From the sequence record PQ309151.1: 64,000 nucleotides of DNA. The stretch is one strand, 5' to 3'. The position numbers and the translations under genes are program-made. The notes below the pieces were generated by a model. That model made no database searches, was not told where the DNA came from, and saw only the letters and a program-made list of their open reading frames with translations. Numbering within the stretch: position 1 is the stretch's first letter; the number at the start of each line of letters is the position of its first letter. Positions 19,130 through 28,476 of this stretch are shown piece by piece.

Positions 19130-21640
19130 TCATTCGATCAAGACATGTTCGTTGTAAACGATGTTGGTTGGCAACAACACGTTTTCCTTACTCAGCACAC
19201 AGGTCTGAGCGAGGTTGGACAAGGCGCCATGGTTCGATTCATAGTGAGACACCATGAAGATCTGACCATAGGCTTGCTCATCCATTAGCTTCTTAACGAA
19301 ATAGATAGCCGACTGACGATGGGTGTCGTCGAACGCGGCTTCGAATTCGTCCAAGAAGAGTGGTAGATGACCAAGCCCAAGCTGTCGAAGCGCACACATC
19401 CGGAACGAAAAATTGAAGATAGCCAACATCGACTCCGAACCTTCCACCACATCCTTGTTCGGTTTGCCAGACCGATTCTTCCAGAAGGGGAACTTGTAAT
19501 CCATCTCCGCCGTACCATCTTCCATCGTGAAAGGTAGGAGTTCGAGCGGATAGGACCATACGGAACCGATTACTTTGTTCATCCGCGTCACGAAGACGTT
19601 GATAAACCGATGCAGTCCTTCGGCTATTGCGCCATTCGTTGGGGACAGAGCGATGTGGGCCGCTTTCGCGATCCGCTCGTTCATATGTGCTTCCTCCAGC
19701 TGACGGGTGAGTTCGTCGACCACTAACTGCTGCTGAGTAGCAGCGTTCAATGCGTCTTCTTTTCTCGCCAGCTGGGTCTGCAAGGACATGATGAGATACC
19801 ACAGCAACTCCTGATATCGCGAGTAGATGTAATCCTTGGCGTACCTGGACTGCATCTGTGTGTTGTTGAGCAACTGCTCATTCAGTTTAGCGTTCCGATC
19901 GTAGGACGAGATCAGATTCTCAAGCTGAGTCACTTCGTCCTGAAGCGTACGGAGCTTCTGGGTCTGAATACCCATCGTCTCTTCAATGCGACGCATATCC
20001 TTCTCGATAGATTCGAGCGAATCTGCGTCCATGTTACGTTTCAGTTCGATCTGCTCTATTGCCTGCTTGATAATCTTGGCTGCACGCTGCATGTCGATCT
20101 GATGTTCAAGATCGCTAGCAATCGAATGCAGGTCATGAACGATCGAAGTCGGATACAACTTGAGCCGATTGTTTTGACAGATCTCATTAAAGTAAGGCGC
20201 CAGAATCGGAGCCGAACGCATGAGCAGAACCACAGCACGGAAGTTCGTGAAGTATTCGCTAGCTTCGCCCAGATGCTTGGCTTTGCGTTCACGAATACCC
20301 ATGATTAGATCCAGGCGTTCTTGCATGCTCTTAACGAGCGCATCTGCCTTAACCAGATCTTTTTCCGAAGCGTGATTCATCCATTTGTGGTGACAAGCCG
20401 GACATTCGACCGATTCCTGCTGAACATGAGAGCGACGATGCGCTATATCCTCGCTCAGACGGGCTATACGGGCCCTCAGAGGACCTGCTTCAGCATCGAT
20501 CTCACGGATGTTGCCCTCGTACTTCTCAACCCGCTCAGGCGTGAATATGCCGTCGTTAGCAACGAGGCGTGTCAGCGCTTCCTGAAGTTCCACCTGCAAA
20601 CCGAGGAAGACTTCCTTAGCCTGCTGGGCATCTGAAGGTGGAGTGACTTTGTTAAAGACCAGGTAGTTCGCCTTAAACTGGATTTCGTCAGTCGCGTCCT
20701 TGACCTTCTTTTCCAGTTCAGCAATCGATTCCGTACCCGCCTTAATCATCAGGTCGTATTTCTTCTTGATGCGAGTATGATCCGCGAACAAGTGCTGAGA
20801 CAACTGTTGGGTCGAATGGATCTGAAGTTTGGCTGCATCGCGTGCTTCTGCGAGTTCTTCGCGCGTTTCGTAACCACAGTTCTCCAGCATCGAGTTGTTC
20901 AGTCGGTCGACTTCGTTACATGCCATCTGCAACATCTGGTCGAGACCTGCCATCCGTGTCAGGACTTCCTGAGGCTTATCGGCCTGGGCATTACGCATGC
21001 CGTAGATTTCCTGAATCAGATTCTTGATCTCAGAATGCTCTTCCTTCATCTGGAGAACAACGTCTTTGTCGACGAGCTTATTGGTCTCATCAACTTGACG
21101 TTTCTGCAAACGTTTGATCATGCCCTGAGCATCGCGATGTTGATCGCAAAGCTTCTTATAAGCATTCATGGCGAACGTAAAGTCCGTATCGGCCAGACGG
21201 ATCATCCAGTAACGACGACGACTAGGACTCATCTCCGTCAGCTTCTCATAGCCGAGCGCGAGGTTACGAATACCTTCGTCGACGCCAAAGTGTTCGAGAC
21301 ACAGAGCGCGACACATTTCGATTTTGTAACCATCGTTCAGTTCAATACCGTCGACGATGAATTCGTGCTTAGGTTTATTGTTCTCGAACGTTGAGATGAT
21401 CTGGTACTGCTTTCCGTTGTAGGTACACTGGAAGTCGAATCGACCACCTACACCGAAATCATCTTTGTTGGCAGGCAACGGCCAGCACATGTGCATGAAA
21501 GAACTCTTGCCAGCACCATTGGTGCCCAAGATCGTTTGAAGAGCATAAGCGGAGTCAGGAGTGAAAACAATCCGACTTCCGGTCAAGCTCATGCGTATAT
21601 AGTTCACGAGTTCAATGCTCGTGATAATCATCTTGCTCAT
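19130..21640 (-). CDS. sbcC: SbcC/Rad50-like SMC ATPase (phiKZ gp165-like)
   Basis: Walker A GTNGAGKSS, long coiled coils with zinc hook CPAC, and Walker B LFLDEFEAAFD. Confidence 0.88.
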   Translation of the reverse strand: MSKMIITSIELVNYIRMSLTGSRIVFTPDSAYALQTILGTNGAGKSSFMHMCWPLPANKDDFGVGGRFDFQCTYNGKQYQIISTFENNKPKHEFIVDGIELNDGYKIEMCRALCLEHFGVDEGIRNLALGYEKLTEMSPSRRRYWMIRLADTDFTFAMNAYKKLCDQHRDAQGMIKRLQKRQVDETNKLVDKDVVLQMKEEHSEIKNLIQEIYGMRNAQADKPQEVLTRMAGLDQMLQMACNEVDRLNNSMLENCGYETREELAEARDAAKLQIHSTQQLSQHLFADHTRIKKKYDLMIKAGTESIAELEKKVKDATDEIQFKANYLVFNKVTPPSDAQQAKEVFLGLQVELQEALTRLVANDGIFTPERVEKYEGNIREIDAEAGPLRARIARLSEDIAHRRSHVQQESVECPACHHKWMNHASEKDLVKADALVKSMQERLDLIMGIRERKAKHLGEASEYFTNFRAVVLLMRSAPILAPYFNEICQNNRLKLYPTSIVHDLHSIASDLEHQIDMQRAAKIIKQAIEQIELKRNMDADSLESIEKDMRRIEETMGIQTQKLRTLQDEVTQLENLISSYDRNAKLNEQLLNNTQMQSRYAKDYIYSRYQELLWYLIMSLQTQLARKEDALNAATQQQLVVDELTRQLEEAHMNERIAKAAHIALSPTNGAIAEGLHRFINVFVTRMNKVIGSVWSYPLELLPFTMEDGTAEMDYKFPFWKNRSGKPNKDVVEGSESMLAIFNFSFRMCALRQLGLGHLPLFLDEFEAAFDDTHRQSAIYFVKKLMDEQAYGQIFMVSHYESNHGALSNLAQTCVLSKENVLLPTNIVYNEHVLIE

Positions 21641-21706
21641 TCACGTCCTCTTGTTGGACAGCGGGTACAGATAATACGATCTCATGATAAATTTTTAGGA
21701 CCAGCT

Positions 21707-22708
21707 ATGGCAGCCGATACTCCGAAAGACGCAACCCCCGGAACTCCCGATCCTTCTGGCTCCAAGTTCCACTTCTATTCGTTCGGCCTTGTAGGTGCGA
21801 ACAAACCCCGTCATGAAGGCGATGGTCCTTGCATGATGATCGAAGTCTTCCCGCAAGAGAAGTTCACTATGTCGGCTGGTGAAATCACCGACAACGTGGA
21901 GAAGATCGATGTTAAAGGTCAGGACGCTAACGGTAATGCTTACCAGGGCAAGGTGGAATCGAAACCCACCATCACTGCCATGTGGCTGCCTATCGGAGAG
22001 CCAAATCGAATTACTCCTCCGGACGTACGGCGTAACGAGATGGTCATTATCTACCGATATGCCGACACTCAGTACTACTTCTGGTCAACCGCTTTCAACA
22101 ATACCCTACGGAAACTGGAAACGGTAACCAAGTGGTATTCAGGCACACCTGACGATGGTCCGAACGCAGATACGGAACGCACTGCCGACAACGGTTACAT
22201 CGTGGAAGTATCTACGCATGACGGCCATATCCTGATCTCGACTTCCAAGAAGAATGGCGAGAAGTGTCGCTATACCTGCGCCTTCGACACCAAGAACGGC
22301 AAGTTCAATCTGCAGGACGATCTAGGCACTGACATCGAACTCGATTCGGTTGCTGGTGTTCTGTCAGCTACGACCGAAAACCAGATCATTCATAACACGA
22401 AGAAGTTCACCTCGAACTGCCAGACGTTTGAAGTCAATGCGTCCGAGAGCGTGACCTTCAATACACCCAAGACCAAAATGTCGGAAGACATGGAAGTCGA
22501 CGGCAACTCGCTTCAGAAAGGTTTCGCCAACTTCACGACTGGCATTGGTGGAGGCGGATCAGGCGATACTGGTGCTGATCTGGAGTTCAAGGGCAACGTT
22601 ACTCAGACGGGCAACTGGACAACCAATGGACAACAGACCATTAACGGGGAACTCACCGTTCATGGCACGGGTACGTTCGACGGCAACGTCAATGCGCCAA
22701 ACGTCTAA
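21707..22708 (+). CDS. Baseplate central spike (gp5/gpV-like; phiKZ gp164-like)
   Basis: OB-fold-like N-terminus (WLPIGEPNRITPPDVRRNEMV) followed by Gly/Asn/Thr beta-helix repeats. Divergent from sbcC. Start moved to the ATG at 21707 (AGGA RBS). Confidence 0.7.
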   Translation: MAADTPKDATPGTPDPSGSKFHFYSFGLVGANKPRHEGDGPCMMIEVFPQEKFTMSAGEITDNVEKIDVKGQDANGNAYQGKVESKPTITAMWLPIGEPNRITPPDVRRNEMVIIYRYADTQYYFWSTAFNNTLRKLETVTKWYSGTPDDGPNADTERTADNGYIVEVSTHDGHILISTSKKNGEKCRYTCAFDTKNGKFNLQDDLGTDIELDSVAGVLSATTENQIIHNTKKFTSNCQTFEVNASESVTFNTPKTKMSEDMEVDGNSLQKGFANFTTGIGGGGSGDTGADLEFKGNVTQTGNWTTNGQQTINGELTVHGTGTFDGNVNAPNV

Positions 22709-22719
22709 AGAAGCCCATC

Positions 22720-23322
22720 ATGCTGGAGTTTTTCCTGGCTAAGAAGAAGAAAACTGGAGCCGCGCCTTTCATAGGCGCCAGTTCCTTTGATGGAGTTTCT
22801 AGTGCGTCTGTCGTAATGCCTGCGGGTGTTGCGGCAGGCGACTTTCTTCTCATGATCGCTGATGCGGTTGGAACGGTAACTGTTCCATCGGGCTGGACGA
22901 ATTTTAGCAATACGGGCTGGTCGTATAGCTACAATCGAAAACTGATGTACAAGATCGCTGGTGCGGGTGAGACTAATTTCACTCTAGGGCAATCTGGTGC
23001 TTATGAAATCATCGGCAGTATTCTTGCCTATCGAGGCCCGACTCAGATCGTTGCCTATTCAAATCAGGAATCAAGAACAACCTATACCTATCCGTCTCTA
23101 ACAGCTACATCGAGTGGATCGATATTGGTTACACATGCTACCGATAGAAGTCCGTCTATTCCGACGATCCCCGCTGGAGAAACATCCAGAGCGACCTATT
23201 TCGGAAGCTATTTTGGTTTCAGGGCATCTGATGAGGCCGTAAATAGCGGAGCGACTGGTACGCGAACTTCATCGGGTGGTAGTACTTACAACGGGTACTA
23301 TAGCGGGATCCTGATTGCCTAA
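22720..23322 (+). CDS. Putative tail-associated beta-sandwich protein
   Basis: N-terminal MLEFFLAKKKK motif and VMPAGVAAGDFLLM..VPSGWT, a pattern common in phage tail accessory proteins. Confidence 0.5.
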   Translation: MLEFFLAKKKKTGAAPFIGASSFDGVSSASVVMPAGVAAGDFLLMIADAVGTVTVPSGWTNFSNTGWSYSYNRKLMYKIAGAGETNFTLGQSGAYEIIGSILAYRGPTQIVAYSNQESRTTYTYPSLTATSSGSILVTHATDRSPSIPTIPAGETSRATYFGSYFGFRASDEAVNSGATGTRTSSGGSTYNGYYSGILIA

Positions 23323-23336
23323 AGCAAAAGCGAGAT

Positions 23337-23364
23337 CACAGAGTGGGCGCAAGCCCACTCTGTG
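23337..23364. terminator. Bidirectional hairpin between convergent genes
   Basis: 12-bp stem CACAGAGTGGGC / GCCCACTCTGTG with a GCAA loop. Arms are shared with the hairpin at 56402. Confidence 0.75.
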
Positions 23365-23366
23365 TC

Positions 23367-24644
23367 TTATGCAACGACGATCTGAATCTCTTCTTCGATG
23401 AGCTTAACGAACATGGCGTCGCCCAACCGCCCTGCTTTACCCATCCACATCTGGTTATCCACTGCGACACGATCTTCCGAACCCACAGTGTTGAACATGT
23501 AGTTTCGTTTGAATGTGTCATGGCATCGCAACAACCAGCCACCAGCCTCGTACTGCGACCAGTAGACCTCGTGCTTGCCTTCACCAGTGACCAGAGGCCA
23601 CTTGGGTTCTTCCCACGACATGAACGTGTGGGGAACGGTTTGCTTTTCCGGATAGGTGCGCTCGACTACCAGTGTCGACGTATCCAGCAGCACCATGAAA
23701 GACTGACTCATGGTGAAGTAGTTCGTCAGATAGTCCTGCGACTTGAAGTTCTGAGCGATTACCCAATTCGGATTATCCGTCTGATGCTGGATGTTGAAGG
23801 CCGAGAAGTCCAGATACGGTTCGCTCTCGAAGTAGCGCTCCAGGAACGGATACTTGAACGTCTTGAACGTCAGTACGTTCGTATTCGTCAGGATCACCTG
23901 ATCGTTATCTGGCAGGAGCATGTAGCCGCCGAGAATCAGAATCGGCGTTTTCACACACAGATCACAATCGCTGAACTTGATGTGGACTTTATCCACGAGT
24001 CCCGTATCCGAATTCAGATCGAACGACAGCATGTCGGGCGTGATTGCATGGATGTCGAACGTACCGAAAGTAGCGAACGACAACAGACCCAACTGATTCG
24101 CGCCGGACTTCATCCGCGACTTGTTGCCGTCGATGATGTAATAGCCTTTCGAATCTGCTGCCGAGTTGTGGTAGAAACCATTCACGTTGGGCAGGATCTT
24201 CGAGCGCATCGTGACGTAGTCGTAACCCTGCTGATCGGCAGGATTGTCCGGCTTCACCACGACGTGGGGCTTCTGCTCCTGTTCCAACTTGACACCAGCA
24301 CCAACCATGTAGTCAATGGAGTCTGCCCAGAAGTCAGCTTCCCACAAATCGCTGAAGATCGCGTTGTTTCGAACGATGACCGGACTACCTACGGTCGTAG
24401 GTAAAGTTTTATTGCCATTCGCGGTCAGATAGTCTGAAATCGTCCCCACATTGGCTTGGATGGCGGCAGCAACGTTTTCCAGGTCCAACGACAGTTCTGT
24501 GTCGGTGATTCCGTCCGTCAGAACTACGTAGATCTGGCGATATTTGGTCAGGAGAGTGCTCGTCTGGGTCGTCGAAATGTCGACTTCAGACCAGCGTTGG
24601 TTTGTGCCGGGTTGAACGGCCAAGGCTCGAACGAAGGTGTACAT
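23367..24644 (-). CDS. Putative virion structural protein
   Basis: 425-aa ORF with a GAGG RBS in the baseplate/tail-fibre neighbourhood. Confidence 0.55.
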   Translation of the reverse strand: MYTFVRALAVQPGTNQRWSEVDISTTQTSTLLTKYRQIYVVLTDGITDTELSLDLENVAAAIQANVGTISDYLTANGNKTLPTTVGSPVIVRNNAIFSDLWEADFWADSIDYMVGAGVKLEQEQKPHVVVKPDNPADQQGYDYVTMRSKILPNVNGFYHNSAADSKGYYIIDGNKSRMKSGANQLGLLSFATFGTFDIHAITPDMLSFDLNSDTGLVDKVHIKFSDCDLCVKTPILILGGYMLLPDNDQVILTNTNVLTFKTFKYPFLERYFESEPYLDFSAFNIQHQTDNPNWVIAQNFKSQDYLTNYFTMSQSFMVLLDTSTLVVERTYPEKQTVPHTFMSWEEPKWPLVTGEGKHEVYWSQYEAGGWLLRCHDTFKRNYMFNTVGSEDRVAVDNQMWMGKAGRLGDAMFVKLIEEEIQIVVA

Positions 24645-24655
24645 AAATTCCTCTC

Positions 24656-24677
24656 TCTTGACCCCCGGGGGTCAAGA
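24656..24677. promoter_or_regulatory. Perfect 22-bp palindrome in a divergent intergenic region
   Basis: TCTTGACCCCC|GGGGGTCAAGA between the divergent starts at 24644 and 24731. Function unknown. Confidence 0.4.
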
Positions 24678-24730
24678 ATAATATGACCTCAAAATTAAAG
24701 TTTTATCTTATTTAACCGGAGAAAGCAGTT

Positions 24731-26803
24731 ATGTCCGATCCCGTGACTAGCTATCCGTTTGACCCCACAGGGCAGGCGGCTAGCAACCGAATCGTGGATG
24801 AACAGATCGTCGTCCTCCCTCCGGGTGACCGACTGTTCCAGTTCGCCATGCCAGTCTTCTGTCCCTTCTTCGAAGAAGGACACTCGCTGAAGCTGCGTGA
24901 TATCAATAACAACGTCACACCATTAGTCTTGGGTGTGGACTATTACCTCAGTCACAAGTTCATGGATGCCTCCTTGGCTACCATGCACCCGATCTGGGGT
25001 TCGGTCAGTTTCCTAAAGCCGGTTAGCGGTGTGTTGCTGATGACGTACCAGACCCTTGGTGGTCCGTGGACGATCGATCAGGCGACGATTACCGAAATTC
25101 TGATGAACACCAGCCAGAACCCGCGTATCACGACGTGGGAACAGGTGGTGGAACGTCCTACGGATTTCCCGGTGATCGATCACCCGTGGAATCTGGACGA
25201 CATGGTCGGCATGTCGGAAATCTATGGCGTGCTGGAGAACTTCTACGAAGCCTATCTCGCATCCCTGGATCCGAATGGCGGTGGTGGCGGTTCCTCGATC
25301 ATCATCGACCACATCAACAACAAGAACAACCCTCACCAGGTGACGGCAGCCCAAACGGGTGCTTACAGCCAGCTCCAGATGAATACGATTCTGGGCGGCT
25401 ATCTCACCACGTCGGCTCAAGCGGCTGACTCTGCCAAGTTCAATGGCAAGACGTACGCTCAGATGCTGGCGGATGTTGTCAATACGAAGGTCAACGCAGC
25501 AGCTGCCGCGGATAACGCGACGCATGCAACGACGGCCGATACGGCTACGAATGCCAACGCACTTGGCACCAAGAGCCTGGCACAGTTGATGACCGACGTG
25601 GTGAACACGAAGGTTGCGAACGCTACTCACGCAGACAATGCCGATCACGCAACGGCTGCTGATTCGGCTACCAACTCGTCTCAGCTGGGTGGTCAGTCGC
25701 TGGCTCAGGTCCTTGCTGCTGCTCAGGCACAGAAAGCGGCGGACACGACGCTCTTCAACGGCAAGACCTATGCTCAGGCTACGGCAGACATTCTGACTGG
25801 TCAGGCAGCGGACTCCCAAAAGCTCGGTGGTCAAACGCTGACGCAGATCATCGCGACTCTCCAGCAATCGACCGGCGATGCTTCGACGCTGAATGGCAAG
25901 TCGTACGCTGACATCATGGCGGCAGTGAAGACCACCAAGGTCGACAATGCTACCAATGCGGATACGGCAGCCAATGCAAACTCGCTGGGCGGTCAGTCTC
26001 TCTCGCAGATTCTGGCTTCGGTGGCTTCGGTGGTTCCGGATCTGTCGCACAACTCGGAAGCTGTCTACGGCTATACGTTCGATCAGCTGGTGACGGCTAT
26101 CCAGCAAAGCAATACGTGGTCCAGCGGTCTCGACTATCTGTGCGTGGACCTGGACATCGAACATGCTACGCCGATCCATTCGAACAATGGTGGTACGGCA
26201 GACAACACGTACGAGTATCTGTTCATCGGTTCGTTCCCGATTCCGACGACTGGTTCGAGCAACCAGTACTACGATCCGACGGTGCGTCAGTATTCGTCTG
26301 TCATGGATCTGGAATTGTACATGGCGGGTCAGATCATCCGCATCGGTACGAACGTTCAGGTCAACGACGATCAATCGATTGCGCTGTCGCTCTACAGCAA
26401 TGCAGGTCCTTTGACCAACCTCGTGTCGGTCGGTACTCGCAATGACAACTCGACCCTGAAGTCCTCGGACAATTCCCAAACGGGTAAGTTCAAGGAAGTC
26501 TGGTTGCGTTTCAAGACGTCGTCGAACTTGCGTCGCCTGGGTATCTTCCAGTTCACCAAGAACGACTTCGTGCTCGATCCGTCGGAAACCGTTAGCCTTT
26601 ACGATTCGACCGACGTGCGTCTGAACACGGTGGTTTGGTCGCAGCCTGCGTACAATACCAACGAAAACACGCTGAATACGGCTATCGGAACCGAAGTTAC
26701 GAACCGTACGAACGCTGACTCCGCCATCCGCACGGACACCCAAGCAGCACTGGATGCCCTGGCAGATCAGATCAACTCTCTCACGGCTACTCCGGCAGCC
26801 TAA
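24731..26803 (+). CDS. Tail fibre protein with repetitive shaft
   Basis: N-terminal YPFDPTG..NRI..E anchor domain of the phiKZ-like fibre family, the NNPHQVTAAQ motif, and ADxA-rich shaft repeats. Confidence 0.75.
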   Translation: MSDPVTSYPFDPTGQAASNRIVDEQIVVLPPGDRLFQFAMPVFCPFFEEGHSLKLRDINNNVTPLVLGVDYYLSHKFMDASLATMHPIWGSVSFLKPVSGVLLMTYQTLGGPWTIDQATITEILMNTSQNPRITTWEQVVERPTDFPVIDHPWNLDDMVGMSEIYGVLENFYEAYLASLDPNGGGGGSSIIIDHINNKNNPHQVTAAQTGAYSQLQMNTILGGYLTTSAQAADSAKFNGKTYAQMLADVVNTKVNAAAAADNATHATTADTATNANALGTKSLAQLMTDVVNTKVANATHADNADHATAADSATNSSQLGGQSLAQVLAAAQAQKAADTTLFNGKTYAQATADILTGQAADSQKLGGQTLTQIIATLQQSTGDASTLNGKSYADIMAAVKTTKVDNATNADTAANANSLGGQSLSQILASVASVVPDLSHNSEAVYGYTFDQLVTAIQQSNTWSSGLDYLCVDLDIEHATPIHSNNGGTADNTYEYLFIGSFPIPTTGSSNQYYDPTVRQYSSVMDLELYMAGQIIRIGTNVQVNDDQSIALSLYSNAGPLTNLVSVGTRNDNSTLKSSDNSQTGKFKEVWLRFKTSSNLRRLGIFQFTKNDFVLDPSETVSLYDSTDVRLNTVVWSQPAYNTNENTLNTAIGTEVTNRTNADSAIRTDTQAALDALADQINSLTATPAA
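25424..26102 (+). repeat. About eight protein-level shaft repeats, alternating NGK[TS]Y and G[GT][QK][ST]L types
   Basis: In order: FNGKTYAQM, LGTKSLAQL, LGGQSLAQV, FNGKTYAQA, LGGQTLTQI, LNGKSYADI, LGGQSLSQI, VYGYTFDQL. Boundaries approximate. Confidence 0.8.
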
Positions 26804-26814
26804 TCTGAGGAATC

Positions 26815-27936
26815 ATGAGCGACGTTACGATTACTCCCGTCTCACATGTTTTCGACGAGACCGGCACTCTTGCCGAGAACTACGTCGAGAACGAACAACG
26901 AGATCTGGCACAGCGCAACATCCGCGCTGCATGCACGCGATACGGTGCTTTCTTCATCGAATCGTTCAAGATCCGGGATGCCAATGGCAACGCCCTGTTG
27001 GCAAACCAATACCAGTTCGGACTCTTCGCTGAAGACCTGTCCGAAAAGACTGGTAAGGAAATCGCTGGTGCGGTGATCATCACCGACCCGGCTGTGATTT
27101 CGCCTGTCTTCATTGACTATCAGTGTGTTGGTGGTCCGTGGGGTGCAACCAACGAGCAGATCATTGATCTGTTCACTGCGCTGATGACTGACGATCGTCC
27201 TGTGACGTGGCCGAACATTCTGGGTAAACCGGATGGCTTCAAGCCCGCTCACCACTTCCAGGACATCGGCGACCTGTTCGGTGCTGAATACATCGTCCAG
27301 GCTCTGGAGCGTTTGGGTAACGCGTACCTCATGGGCGACAATGCGTCGCACGATGAGATTCTGCGTAACATCGATCAGTTGCGTTCGGACATGAATCAGG
27401 GCTTGACTGACCTGAGCAATGCTCTGAAGGCTTACGCTGATGCAGGCGATGCAAAGGTTGAAGCAGACCTGAGCAACGAAGCCCAGCTTCGTGCAGCAGC
27501 AGACACCCAGCTGCAGAACAACATCAATTCGGAAGCGACGACACGCGGCAACGCGGATACGACGTTGCAGACGAACATCAACAACGAAGCGACTGCTCGT
27601 GCGAATGCCGTCACTGGCGTTCAGAACAACCTGAACTCGGAAATCACCGCTCGTCAGAATGGTGACTCCGCGCTCAATACGAGCATCACGAACGTGAACA
27701 ACGCACTGACGGCGCACACCTCGGCAACGGGTAACGTGCACAATCTGACTCCGGCTCAGCTGGGCGTTTACACGATCGCTCAGGTCGATGCGCTGATCAA
27801 CAGCGTCAACGCGAGCCTCGGCAACTACGTCAAGAAGAATGCCGGTGAAGATACGTCCGTTACCGTTAGCGGTGGCGTGATCTACATCTTCATGTCGGGC
27901 GCATGGCGTGCTGTGTGGCCGCCGCAGTGGCAGTAA
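26815..27936 (+). CDS. Tail fibre protein, paralog of 24731-26803, with a coiled-coil stalk
   Basis: Related N-terminus (FDETGTLAENYVENE..WPNILGKP..HH..D..G.EY), EAxxRxxADxxLQxNI repeats, GNVHNLTPAQ, and a C-terminal IYIFMSGAWR. Confidence 0.72.
   Translation: MSDVTITPVSHVFDETGTLAENYVENEQRDLAQRNIRAACTRYGAFFIESFKIRDANGNALLANQYQFGLFAEDLSEKTGKEIAGAVIITDPAVISPVFIDYQCVGGPWGATNEQIIDLFTALMTDDRPVTWPNILGKPDGFKPAHHFQDIGDLFGAEYIVQALERLGNAYLMGDNASHDEILRNIDQLRSDMNQGLTDLSNALKAYADAGDAKVEADLSNEAQLRAAADTQLQNNINSEATTRGNADTTLQTNINNEATARANAVTGVQNNLNSEITARQNGDSALNTSITNVNNALTAHTSATGNVHNLTPAQLGVYTIAQVDALINSVNASLGNYVKKNAGEDTSVTVSGGVIYIFMSGAWRAVWPPQWQ
27478..27687 (+). repeat. About four ~18-aa coiled-coil repeats (ExxxRxxADxxLQxNIxx)
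   Basis: EAQLRAAADTQLQNNINS, EATTRGNADTTLQTNINN, EATARANAVTGVQNNLNS, EITARQNGDSALNTSI. Confidence 0.8.
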
Positions 27937-27987
27937 AATAAAAAGCAACTAGCCGTCGGGATATAGTGACTCTATAGGGGATTGATC

Positions 27988-28476
27988 ATGACTGTCGTCT
28001 TGAAAGATATCTCGTTGGATGATCTACATCTCGACGAGCTGTTGTTCCATCCGTATCCGTACGAACAGCAGATGGTGAAGTTCATCACTGCAGACGGTCG
28101 GCAACTTACTCCGTTCGATGCATCTGAAGTAGGCAAGATGCGTATGTTCGGTACGATCAAAATCGAAGGCATGGAAAAGATCTCGAAGAAGGTCTTTGAT
28201 GCCCTGAAGAAATTTTCTCATGATGGTCCGATGACCTGTCATGTTTTCATCGCAGCTGAGAATGCCCCCAGCTTTCCGGATCACACCGATCCGGACGGCG
28301 TATTGCTCTATGTCGTCGATGGTGTAAAAAACCTGATGATCGACGATCAGTTCCATACGCTTAACGCCGGTCAGTCGGTTTTCATTCCGGCTGGCACCAA
28401 ACACCGTGCCATCAATTATTCTTCTTCAATCATGATGAGCATTGGATTTGAAAAGTTCATTGTGGAGAAGCTCTAA
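27988..28476 (+). CDS. Cupin/JmjC-type (Cupin_4/RoxA-like) Fe(II)/2OG oxygenase
   Basis: SFPDHTD..VLLYVVDGVK and SVFIPAGTKHRA give an HxD...H facial triad. Confidence 0.78.
   Translation: MTVVLKDISLDDLHLDELLFHPYPYEQQMVKFITADGRQLTPFDASEVGKMRMFGTIKIEGMEKISKKVFDALKKFSHDGPMTCHVFIAAENAPSFPDHTDPDGVLLYVVDGVKNLMIDDQFHTLNAGQSVFIPAGTKHRAINYSSSIMMSIGFEKFIVEKL

Noticed and set aside
25013-26743. 576-aa minus-strand ORF, and similar long antisense ORFs (9847-11220, 13616-15103, 26842-27948, 31163-32815, 45992-47254, 51967-53577, 57106-58359)
   Set aside because: They mirror well-supported genes on the opposite strand. Biased codon usage suppresses antisense stops. They have no RBS or recognisable motifs.
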